Positions 12,738 through 25,600 of a DNA stretch of 64,000 nucleotides are shown here, piece by piece. Source of the stretch: Octopus sinensis. Lineage: Eukaryota. The notes beneath the pieces were generated by a model. That model had not been told where the DNA came from and ran no database searches. It was given only the letters and a program-made list of their open reading frames with translations. How positions within the stretch are numbered: the first letter of the stretch is position 1; each line of letters opens with the position of its first letter. A program made the position numbers and the translations under genes. The stretch covers positions 1 to 64,000 of the forward strand of contig NW_021833020.1 in the NCBI RefSeq assembly GCF_006345805.1, written 5' to 3'.

Positions 12738-14844
12738 ATTCGAGGAATAACAGAAAGCTCAACTGTTGTAACAACAAGAGTAGGAAGTACCAATTCTTCA
12801 AGTGACGAGTCGAAAACTTCAGAAGTTGATCTAAATGTCGTTCAAACACGTTTCCACGAAATCTTATTTAAAAAAATTACGGCTTCCATCAGTTGGGTAA
12901 CAGTGGTGAATGCTGGGTTATTATGCCATCTGCGTTCACTTGCACTAAGTTTCTATACAAGAACATGGTCGACACAACAATAGGAAAGTATTAAGTTTTC
13001 TCTTTCGGTTACGAATTATATGCGTAGATTTGTCGGATTGCGTTTCAAGCTGGCTTGCTGTTGACACTATTTTATGAGAGGCTGTGTTATTTCTATTCGT
13101 GTATTTAAAGGAAAAGCCAAGTTCCAAACTAACGAAAGCCCAAATAACAATAACACAAACGCAAATGAGGTAGAATACACACAAAACACGAATGATATCA
13201 ACAACGAATAACAATCCACCGTGGCTGCCGTTGCAGTATTTGTGGTAACAGTCGCGGAATAGATAATGTTACTTCTGAGGTAATCTTTCTTTAGAGGGCA
13301 GGATAACTACTTCGATCCAGCCAAAACAACACTAATTATCATTCCACATACCTCCACCTGCCTACCTACCTACTAGAACAATCCAACTTGTCAAAGACTG
13401 TACAAAGCAATGAGGGTTCAAGTAAAACGCTGTCTGATGAAGGCGAGCAAGCTGAAGCTTCGAAGTCACTGTTAACCCTTTCTTTGTAAAAGTTAAGATA
13501 TATTATTTACATATGTTTGTAGCAGTTGAAGAACTGGGTTGCTGATATCACATTCAGTCCAAGGTTTCATTAACGTAAAGGTGACAAATCATTGGTCCGT
13601 TGAGTTGACGAGGACCATCTAATCATCCTTAGGGATGACTGACGATTCGTGTGCAATGATTGTGTGCAAGTGAAGAAGAGTTGCGTACCATCAACCTGAC
13701 TCTCTCATTCGTGCCAAACCATTGACAAGATGAGGTTAAGACAATTGGAAGTGGAAATGGATGCAGTGGACGATCCAGCTGTCTTGCCTCACCTTGTTCT
13801 CTGCATTGCATAAATACACTGCTCACTAGTATTTCCCCGCTGTTGGACCACGAACATTTCTTCCACAGCGTGCACCAGATCCAGTCTTCACATAAACAGG
13901 ACGGCTTGCCTTAATATGCTATTCAACCCATAGCCGGGACCTATAGAGTAGACCAGGCTAGACCAACAAACTCCAGAAGAAGGCCGTCACTACAACTTCA
14001 GTTTAAAGTCATACTTAAGACAAATCATATAGTATGTTTGAAGACATGGAAGAAAGAACTGATTTTATATCGATTAAATAAACTGAATTATATAATGACT
14101 TATGTAATGACAGTCAAATAGTCGTAACCTTTGTAAATAGATAAATACAATTACAAAGCAGATGAGTTTACTTAAATAAAGATATACGGATGAACTGTTT
14201 GGATAGTGTTTAACAAATTCAGGAAAGAAGTTATCGTTAGGAGTGCTAAAGAAGATATACATCGACAGTTTAATCGTATTTTTATCATATCATTTTACAA
14301 TTTCCACTTATTAATCACTTCGTAAATTTTGGTATTTGCCTGAGCGAGTGGGTGAAATATCGTAAAATTTGTTTATTATAGCGAGGTTGTAATAGATAAA
14401 GTAGAACGTAGTTATGCTGGGTCGTTTCAAAGGAAATTCCAGCTGTTAAAAGTGAAGTACCCAGAAACAGCCGAAACAGGGTTCAAATAGGAACCACAGG
14501 GATGCAACAAGATGGATGTTTTTTGAGTCAATGGCGAAGTCACCAGATGCTGAAAGGAGAAATAGACAACAAAGTGTCAATGGCCAGGACCAACCAGTTC
14601 AGTTAGTGATTAACTGCTATCATCTGTAGTCGTGGTCTGAGCAAATGAGACATTTCCGCAAGTGAAGGACCAATGGGAATAAAACTCAAGCCCAAATATT
14701 CATGAGGTGTTGCGTGTTCTGGTCATTTGGCGTGGAAGAGTTGTGTTGGTCGGGGAAAGTCGCCCGACCGGTGAGGATGACAAAATTAAGAAGTGTTATG
14801 TGGAGTCGAGGAGGTAGAGAAATGACCGATATCATGCAACTGTT

Positions 14845-15081
14845 TATTCACACATACAGACACCCACACATACATACATACATACACACATACATACATA
14901 CATACATGCATACACAAATAAATAAACCGGGATGTATGTGTGTTTGTATGTATGTGTATATATACACACACACATACATGAACATAGACATGCACACACA
15001 AACGAACAAACAATATACACACCAGTATATCTAGTATGTATATATATACATACATACATATACATACATACATACATATAT

Positions 15082-15146
<65 letters not shown>

Positions 15147-15215
15147 ACACACACGCACTCACATACATATATACGAATACACACATACACCACACTACAT
15201 ATACACACGCATATA
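14845..15215. repeat. Mixed (CATA)n/(TA)n/(TG)n microsatellite block
   Basis: Direct reading. Confidence 0.9.
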
Positions 15216-15248
15216 TATGTTTATGGTTAGCTCTGATCTACATTTTAG

Positions 15249-15342
15249 AATTGGAGTGCTTCAGCAGAACATAATCCATGCCCCCCTCCTCCCGTCATTC
15301 TGAAAAGTAGTCCGTATAACGGACCAGGAAATGGAATGTCTG
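15249..15342 (+). CDS. Candidate internal coding exon of an unidentified host gene (NWSASAEHNPCPPPPVILKSSPYNGPGNGMS)
   Basis: Preceded by ctctgatctacattttAG, followed by GTATGA; 94 nt, open in exactly one + frame; unique-looking sequence between microsatellites. No homology recognised. Confidence 0.3.
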
Positions 15343-15519
15343 GTATGATATTATACTTGAGCAGCTGATTTAGATTAAATGATTGGCAATGGTGTCTGTT
15401 ACATTTAATAATACCAAACACCGAGTCTGCCCAAAACAGTGGTTGGCTTATGTAAACTCTTTGGCATATAACTACTTACGATTACGTGCACACACTCATA
15501 CATATACTTGCATATCTGT

Positions 15520-15810
<291 letters not shown>

Positions 15811-16607
15811 AAATAGGGTGAGTCTGGAGACCACAAGTTAAGTGTTTCAAGATGGTAAAGATTGTCTGGCATTCATTCATGGCTTACGTGTGTTTTGTGG
15901 GAAGGTGCTGAGTCTTGTTGAAACACGTAAAGCCTTCCACTAAGTACTTTATCCTCTTTGGGCTTAGCAACTGTTTCCAGCACCTCAGTGTGTCTACCAG
16001 CATGGATTTCTAAGGCTCTGTAGAAAGGTGTGAGGTGACAAGACGTTCGTTACTCACCACTCCTCCTTAAGCCGTTACAGTTATTGGAAACTTAGTGTGC
16101 CTCACTCTGGCGATAAGAGAAGAATCTGTACATAACCATCTGTCATTTCTCCTGTTTAAACTTTTGATCCTGGTTGATGTTTTTCGCATCAGAGAAGAAT
16201 CAAAGCATGCCTTCTTCATGATACATGTGTTCAAACAAACCTACACACACGCACACTCTCACAGACGCGCGCGCCCGCGCTTTGGAGTATCTGGAAACTC
16301 ATACGTAAAAATAAGACAATCATGTAAATATTGGGTTGAATACATTTCGGGATAGAAAAAGTTGAAGGTTGCTCGTTAACAATATTTATATATATAACTA
16401 AATCAACGATATAAATCCTCTTAAAGGGATGTTAGCATTATATATATATAACTGTCCAAAATGGTCGTGACTTCTGGAACTTGACTGAGGACAGAAAGCC
16501 ACAAATGACCCGTCTTTTATTTGCCTGTCCTTCTGATTGTTGTTTCTCCGTCTATCTGTCTGAATGTTTTAACGTCCTCTATTGCGTTTTTGTTCCATAT
16601 ATATATA

Positions 16608-19600
16608 TATAAATGTCTTTACATCAGCTGAGAAGCTACTAAGGTATCATGAAGAAAAACTTGTATAAATGTCTTTACTTCAGCTGAGAAGCTACTAAGG
16701 TATCAGGGAGAAAAGCTTGTTAGAGATGTCTTTACTTCAGCTGAGAAGCTACTAAGGTATCAGGAGGAAAAACTTGTATAGATGTCTTTACTTCAATGAG
16801 AAGCTACTAAGGTATCAGGAAGAAAAACTTGTTAGAGATGTCTTTACTTCAGCTGAGAAGCTACTAAGGTATCAGGGAGAAAAACTTGTATAGATGTCTT
16901 TACTTCAGCTGGGAAGCTACTAAGGTATCAGGAAGAAAAACTTGTATAGATGTCTTTACTTCAGCTGAGAAGCTACTAAGGTATCAGGAAGAAAAACTTG
17001 TATAGATGTCTTTACTTCAGCTGAGAAGCTACTAAGGTATCAGGAAGAAAAACTTGTATAGATGTTTTTACTTCAGCTGGGAAGCTACTAAGGTATCAGG
17101 AAGAAAAACTTGTATAGATGTCTTTACTTCAGCTGAGAAGCTACTAAGGTATCAGGAAGAAAAACTTGTATAGATGTCTTTACTTCAGCTGGGAAGCTAC
17201 TAAGGTATCAGGAAGAAAAACTTGTATAGATGACTTTACTTCAGCTGAGAAGCTACTAAGGTATCAGGAAGAAAAACTTGTTAGAGATGTCTTTACTTCA
17301 GCTGAGAAGCTACTAAAGTATCAGGAAGAAAAGCTTGTATAGATGTCTTTACTTCAGCTGGGAAGCTACTAAGGTATCAGGAAGAAAAACTTATATAGAT
17401 GTCTTTACTTCAGCTGGGAAGCTACTAAGGTATCAGGAAGAAAAACTTGTATAGATGTCTTTACTTCAGCTGGGAAGCTACTAAGGTATCAGGAAGAAAA
17501 ACTTGTATAGATGTCTTTCCTTCAGCTGAGAAGCTACTAAGGTATCAGGAAGAAAAGCTTGTTTGAGATGTCTTTACTTCAGCTGGGAAGCTACTAAGGT
17601 ATCAGGACGAAAAGCTTGGATAGATGTCTTTACTTCAGCTGGGAAGCTACTAAGGTATCAGGAAGAAAAGCTTGTATAGATGTCTTTACTTCAGCTGAGA
17701 AGCTACTAAGGTATCAGGAAGAAAAACATGTATAGATGTCTTTACTTCATCTGGGAAGCTACTAAGATATCAGGAAGAAAAACTTGTATAGGTGTCTTTA
17801 CTTCAGCTGAGAAGCTACTAAGGTATCAGGAAGAAAAACTTGTATAGATGTCTTTACTTCAGCTGAGAAGCTACTAAGGTATCAGGAAGAAAAACTTGTA
17901 TAGATGTCTTTACTTCAGCTGGGAAGCTACTAAGGTATCAGGAAGAAAAACTTGTATAGATGTCATTATTTCAGCTGAGAAGCTACTAAGGTATCAGGAA
18001 GAAAAACTTGTATAGATGTCTTTACTTCAGCTGGGAAGCTACTAAGGTATCAGGAAGAAAAGCTTGTATAGATGTCTTTACTTCAATGAGAAGCTACTAA
18101 GGTATCAGGAAGAAAAACTTGTATAGATGTCTTTACTTCAGCTGAGAAGCTACTAAGGTATCAGGAAGAAAAACTTGTATAGATGTTTTTACTTCAGCTG
18201 GGAAGCTACTAAGTATCAGGAAGAAAAACTTGTATAGATGTCTTTACTTCAGCTGAGAAGCTACTAAGGTATCAGGAAAAAACTTGTATAGATGTCTTTA
18301 CTTCAGCTGGGAAGCTACTAAGTATCAGGAAGAAAAACTTGTATAGATGTCTTTACTTCAGCTGAGAAGCTACTAAGGTATCAGGAAGAAAAACTTGTTA
18401 GAGATGTCTTTACTTCAGCTGAGAAGCTACTAAAGTATCAGGAAGAAAAGCTTGTATAGATGTCTTTACTTCAGCTGGAAGCTACTAAGTATCAGGAAGA
18501 AAAACTTATATAGATGTCTTTACTTCAGCTGGGAAGCTACTAAGGTATCAGGAAGAAAAACTTGTATAGATGTCTTTACTTCAGCTGGGAAGCTACTAAG
18601 GTATCAGGAAGAAAAACTTGTATAGATGTCTTTCCTTCAGCTGAGAAGCTACTAAGGTATCAGGAAGAAAAACTTGTTAGAGATGTCTTTACTTCAGCTG
18701 GAAGCTACTAAGGTATCAGGACGAAAAGCTTGGATAGATGTCTTTACTTCAGCTGGGAAGCTACTAATGTATCAGGAAGAAAAGCTTGTATAGATGTCTT
18801 TACTTCAGCTGAGAAGCTACTAAGGTATCAGGAAGAAAAACATGTATAGATGTCTTTACTTCATCTGGGAAGCTACTAAGATATCAGGAAGAAAAACTTG
18901 TATAGGTGTCTTTACTTCAGCTGAGAAGCTACTAAGGTATCAGGAAGAAAAACTTGTATAGATGTCTTTACTTCAGCTGAGAAGCTACTAAGGTATCAGG
19001 AAGAAAAACTTGTATAGAGGTCTTTACTTCAGCTGGGAAGCTACTAAGGTATCAGGAAGAAAAACTTGTATAGATGTCATTATTTCAGCTGAGAAGCTAC
19101 TAAGGTATCAGGAAGAAAAACTTGTATAGATGTCTTTACTTCAGCTGGGAAGCTACTAAGGTATCAGGAAGAAAAGCTTGTATAGATGTCTTTACTTCAA
19201 TGAGAAGCTACTAAGGTATCAGGAAGAAAAACTTGTTAGAGATGTCTTTACTTCAGCTGAGAAGCTACGAAGGTATCAGGAAGAAAAACTTATATAGATG
19301 TCTTTACTTCAGCTGGGAAGCTACTAAGGTATCAGGAAGAAAAATTTGAATAGATGTCTTTACTTCAGCTGAGAAGCTACTAAGGTATCAGGAAGAAAGA
19401 CTTGTATAGATGTCTTTACTTCAGCTGAGAAGCTACTAAGGTATCAGGAAGAAAAACTTGTATAGATGTCTTTACTTCAGCTGGGAAGCTACTAAGGTAT
19501 CAGGAAGAATAACTTGTATAGATGTCTTTACTTCAGCTGAGAAGCTACTAAGGTATCAGGAAGAAAAGCTTGTATAGATGTCTTTACTTCAGCTGGAAGC

Positions 19601-22600
19601 TACTAAGGTATCAGGAAGAAAAACTTGTATAGATGTCTTTACTTCAGCTGAGAAGCTACTAAGGTATCAGGAAGAAAAGCTTGGATAGATGTCTTTACTT
19701 CAGCTGGGAAGCTACTAAGGTATCATGAAGAAAAACTTGTATAAATGTCTTTACTTCAGCTGAGAAGCTACTAAGGTATCAGGGAGAAAAGCTTGTTAGA
19801 GATGTCTTTACTTCAGCTGAGAAGGCTAAGGTATCAGGAGGAAAAACTTGTATAGATGTCTTTACATCAATGAGAAGCTACTAAGGTATCAGGAGAAAAA
19901 CTTGTTAGAGATGTCTTTACTTCAGCTGAGAAGTACTAAGGTATCAGGGAGAAAAACTTGTATAGATGTCTTTACTTCAGCTGGGAAGCTACTAAGGTAT
20001 CAGGAAGAAAAACTTGTATAGATGTCTTTACTTCAGCTGAGAAGCTACTAAGGTATCAGGAAGAAAAACTTGTATAGATGTCTTTACTTCAGCTGAGAAG
20101 CTACTAAGGTATCAGGAAGAAAAACTTTATAGATGTTTTACTTCAGCTGGGAAGCTACTAAGGTATCAGGAAGAAAAACTTGTATAGATGTCTTTACTTC
20201 AGCTGAGAAGCTACTAAGGTATCAGGAAGAAAAACTTGTATAGATGTCTTTACTTCAGCTGGGAAGCTACTAAGGTATCAGGAAGAAAAACTTGTATAGA
20301 TGTCTTTACTTCAGCTGAGAAGCTACTAAGGTATCAGGAAGAAAAACTTGTTAGAGATGTCTTTACTTCAGCTGAGAAGCTACTAAAGTATCAGGAAGAA
20401 AAGCTTGTATAGATGTCTTTACTTCAGCTGGGAAGCTACTAAGGTATCAGGAAGAAAAACTTGTATAGATGTCTTTACTTCAGCTGAGAAGCTACTAAGG
20501 TATCAGGAAGAAAAGCTTGTTTGAGATGTCTTTACTTCAGCTGGGAAGCTACTAAGGTATCAGGACGAAAAGCTTGGATAGATGTCTTTACTTCAGCTGG
20601 GAAGCTACTAATGTATCAGGAAGAAAAGCTTGTATAGATGTCTTTACTTCAGCTGAGAAGCTACTAAGGTATCAGGAAGAAAAAACTGTATAGATGTTTT
20701 ACTTCATCTGGGAAGCTACTAAGATATCAGGAAAAAAAACTTGTATAGGTGTCTTTACTTCAGCTGAGAAGCTACTAAGGTATCAGAAGAAAAACTTGTA
20801 TAGATGTCTTTACTTCAGCTGAGAAGCTACTAAGGTATCAGGAAGAAAAACTTGTATAGATGTCTTTACTTCAGCTGGGAAGCTACTAAGGTATCAGGAA
20901 GAAAAACTTGTATAGATGTCATTATTCAGCTGAGAAGCTACTAAGGTATCAGGAAGAAAAACTTGTATAGATGTCTTTACTTCAGCTGGGAAGCTACTAA
21001 GGTATCAGGAAGAAAAGCTTGTATAGATGTCTTTACTTCAATGAGAAGCTACTAAGGTATCAGGAAGAAAACCTTGTTAGAGATGTCTTTACTTCAGCTG
21101 AGAAGCTACGAAGGTATCAGGAAGAAAAACTTATATAGATGTCTTTACTTCAGCTGGGAAGCTACTAAGGTATCAGGAAGAAAAATTTGTATAGATGTCT
21201 TTACTTCAGCTGAGAAGCTACTAAGGTATCAGGAAGAAAAACTTGTTAGAGATGTCTTTACTTCAGCTGAGTAGCTACTAAGGTATCAGGAAGAAAAGCT
21301 TGTATAGATGTCTTTACTTCAGCTGGGAAGCTACTAAGGTATCAGGAAGAAAAACTTGTATAGATGTCTTTACTTCAGCTGAGAAGCTACTAAGGTATCA
21401 GGAGAAAAAGCTTGGATAGATGTCTTTACTTCAGCTGGGAAGCTACTAAGGTATCAGGAAGAAAAACTTGTATAGATGTCTACTTCAGCTGGAAGCTACT
21501 AAGGTATCAGGAAGAAAAACTTCTATAGATGTCTTTACTTCAGCTGAGAAGCTACTAAGGTATCAGGAAGTAAAACTTGTTAGAGATGTCTTTACTTCAG
21601 CTGAGAAGCTACTAAGGTATCAGGAAGACAAGCTTGTATAGATGTCTTTACTTCAGCTGGGAGGCTACTAATGTATCAGGAAGAAAAACTTGTATAGATG
21701 TCTTTACTTCAACTGGGAAGCTACTAAGGTATCAAGAAGAAAAACTTGTATAGATGTCTTTACTTCAGCTGAGGAGCTACTAAGGTATCAGGAAGAAAAA
21801 CTTGTATAGATGTCTTTACTTCAGCTGAGAAGCTACTAAGGTATCAGGAAGAAAAACTTGTATAGATGTCTTTACTGCAGCTGAGAAGCTACTAAGGTAT
21901 CAGGAAGAAAAACTTGTTATAGATGTCTTTACTTCAGCTGAGAACTACTAGGTATCAGGAAGAAAAGCTTGTTGAGATGTCTTTACTTCAGCTGGGAAGC
22001 TACTAAGGTATCAGGAAGAAAAGCTTGGATAGATGTCTTTACTTCAGCTGGGAAGCTACTAAGGTATCAGGAAGAAAAGCTTGTATAGATGTCTTTACTT
22101 CAGCTTAGAAGCTACTAAGGTATCAGGAAGAAAAACTTGTATAGATGTCTTTACTTCATTGGGAAGCTATCTAACTAAGATATCAGGAAGAAAAACTTGT
22201 ATAGATGTCTTTACTTCAGCTGAGAAGCTACTAAGGTATCAGGAAGAAAAACTTGTATAGATGTCTTTACTTCAGCTGAGAAGCTACTAAGGTATCAGGA
22301 AGAAAAACTTGTATAGATGTCTTTACTTCAGCTGGGAAGCTACTAAGGTATCAGGAAGAAAACTTGTATAGATGTCTTTACTTCAGCTGAGAAGCTACTA
22401 AGGTATCAGGAAGAAAAACTTGTATAGATGTCTTTACTTCAGCTGGGAAGCTACTAAGGTTTCTGGAAGAAAAACTTGTATAGATGTCTTTACTTCAGCT
22501 GAGAAGCTACTAAGGTATCAGGAAGAAAAACTTGTATAGATGTCTTTACTTCAGCTGGGAAGCTACTAAGGTATCAGGAAGAAAAACTTGTATAGATGTT

Positions 22601-25600
22601 TACTTCAGCTGAGAAGCTACTAAGGTATCAGGAAGAAAAACTTGTTAGAGATGTCTTTACTTCAGCTAGAGAAGCTACTAAGGTATCAGGAAGAAAAGCT
22701 TGTATAGATGTCTTTACTTCAGCTGGGAAGCTACTACTAGGTATCAGGAAGAAAGAAAAACTTGTATAGATGTCTTTACTTCAGCTGGGAAGCTACTGAG
22801 GTATCAAGAAGAAAAACTTGTATAGATGTCTTTACTTCAGCTGAGAAGCTACTAAGGTATCAGGAAGAAAAATTGTATAGATGTCTTTACTTCAGCTGAG
22901 AAGCTACTAAGGTATAGGAAGAAAACTTGTAAAGATGTCTTTACTTCAGCTGGAAAGCTACTAAGGTATCAGGAAGAAAAACTTGTATAGATGTCTTTAC
23001 TTCAGCTGGGAAGCTACTAAGGTATCAGGAAGAAAAACTTGTATAGATGTCTTTACTTCAGCTGGGAAGCTACTAAGGTATCAGGAAGAAAAACTTGTAT
23101 AGATGTCTTTACTTCAGCTGAGAAGCTACTAAGGTATCAGGAAGAAAAGCTTGTTTGAGATGTCTTTACTTCAGCTGGGAAGCTACTAAGGATAGGAAGA
23201 AGAAAAGCTTGGATAGATGTCTTTACTTCAACTGGGAAGCTACTAAGGTATCAGGAAGAAAACTTGTATAGATGTCTTTACTTCAGCTGGGAAGCTACTA
23301 GGTATCAGGAAGAAAAACTTGTATAGATGTCTTTACTTCATCTGGGAAGCTACTAAGATATCAGGAAGAAAAACTTGTATAGATGTCTTTACTTCAGCTG
23401 AGAAGCTACTAAGGTATCAGGAAGAAAAACTTGTATAGATGTCTTTACTTCAGCTGAGAAGCTACTAAGGTATCAGGAAGAAAAACTTGTATAGATGTCT
23501 TTACTTCAGCTGGAAGCTACTAAGGTATCAGGAGAGAAAAATTGTATAGATGTCTTTACTTCAGCTGAGAAGCTACTAAGGTATCAGGAAGAAAAACTTG
23601 TATAGATGTCTTTACTTCAGCTGAGAAGCTACTAAGGTATCAGGAAGAAAAACTTGTATAGATGTCTTTACTTCAGCTGGGAAGCTACTAAGGTTTCAGG
23701 AAGAAAAACTTGTATAGATGTCTTTACTTCAGCTGAGAAGCTACTAAGGTATCAGGAAGAAAAACTTGTATAGATGTCTTTACTTCAGCTGGGAAGCTAC
23801 TAAGGTATCAGGAAGAAAAACTTGTATAGATGTCTTTACTTCAGCTGAGAAGCTACTAAGGTATCAGGAAGAAAAACTTGTTAGAGATGTCTTTACTTCA
23901 GCTGAGAAGCTACTAAGGTATCAGGAAGAAAAGCTTGTATAGATGTCTTTACTTCAGCTGGGAAGCTACTACTAAGGTATCAGGAAGAAAAACTTGTATA
24001 GATGTCTTTACTTCAGCTGGGAAGCTACTAAGGTATCAAGAAGAAAAACTTGTATAGATGTCATTACTTCAGCTGAGAAGCTACTAAGGTATCAGGAAGA
24101 AAAACTTGTATAGATGTCTTTACTTCAGCTGAGAAGCTACTAAGGTATCAGGAAGAAAAACTTGTATGGATGTCTTTACTTCAGCTGAGAAGCTACTAAG
24201 GTATCAGGAAGAAAAACTTGTAAAGATGTCTTTACTTCAGCTGGAAAGCTACTAAGGTATCAGGAAGAAAAACTTGTATAGATGTCTTTACTTCAGCTGG
24301 GAAGCTACTAAGGTATCAGGAAGAAAAACTTGTATAGATGCCTTTACTTCAGCTGGGAAGCTACTAAGGTATCAGGAAGAAAACCATGTATAGATGTCTT
24401 TACTTCAGCTGAGAAGCTACTAAGGTATAAGGAAGAAAAGCTTGTTTGAGATGACTTTACTTCAGCTGGGAAGCTACTAAGGTATCAGGAAGAAAAGCTT
24501 GGATAGATGTCTTTACTTCAGCTGGGAAGCTACTAATGTATCAGGAAGAAAAGCTTGTATAGATGTCTTTACTTCAGCTGAGAAGCAACTAAGGTATCAG
24601 GAAGAAAAACTTGTATAGATGTCTTTACTTCAGCTGAGAAGCTACTAAGGTATCAGGAAGAAAAGCTTGTATAGATGTCTTTACTTCAGCTGGGAAGCTA
24701 CTAAGGTATCAGGAAGAAAAACTTGTATCGATGTCTTTACTTCAGCTGAGAAGCTACTAAGGTATCAGGAAGAAAAGCTTGGATAGATGTCTTTACTTCA
24801 GCTGGGAAGCTACTAAGGTATCAGGAAGAAAAACTTGTATAGATGTCTTTACTTCAGCTGGGAAGGAAGCTACTAAGGTATCAGGAGAAAAAAACTTGTA
24901 TAGATGTCTTTACTTCAGCTGAGAAGCTCTAAGGTATCAGGAAGAAAAACTTGTTAGAGATGTCTTTACTTCAGCTGAGAAGCTACTAAGGTATCAGAAG
25001 ACAAGCTTGTATAGATGTCTTTACTTCAGCTGGGAGGCTAAGTATCAGGAAGAAAAACTTGTATAGATGTCTTTACTTCAGCTGGGAAGCTACTAAGGTA
25101 TCAAGAAGAAAAACTTGTATAGATGTCTTTACTTCAGCTGAGGAGCTACTAAGGTATCAGGAAGAAAAACTTGTAAAGATGTCTTTACTTCAGGGGAAAG
25201 CTACTAAGGTATCAGGAAGAAAAACTTGTATAGATGTTTACTTCAGCTGGAAGCTACTAAGTATCAGGAAGAAAAACTTGTATAGATGTCTTTACTTCAG
25301 CTGGGAAGCTACTAAGGTATCAGGAAGAAAAACTGTATAGATGTCTACTTCAGCTGAGAAGCTACTAAGGTATCAGGAAGAAAAGCTTGTTTGAGATGTC
25401 TTTACTTCAGCTGGGAAGCTACTAAAGTATCAGGAAGAAAAGCTTGGATAGATGTCTTTACTTCAGCTGGGAAGCTACTAAGGTATCAGGAAGAAAAGCT
25501 TGTATAGATGTCTTTACTTCAGCTTAGAAGCTACTAAGGTATCAGGAAGAAAAACTTGTATAGATATCTTTACTTCAGCTGGGAAGCTACTAAGGTATCA

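Noticed and set aside
13428-13465. CTGATGAAGGC-gagcaa-GCTGAAG hammerhead-like string
   Set aside because: GAAA is replaced by GAAG, and there is no stem I/III complement or cleavage triplet.
13600-14830. Possible LINE 3'-end (13.6-13.9 kb) and endonuclease (14.4-14.8 kb) relics on the minus strand
   Set aside because: Only scattered residues match; too degenerate to call.
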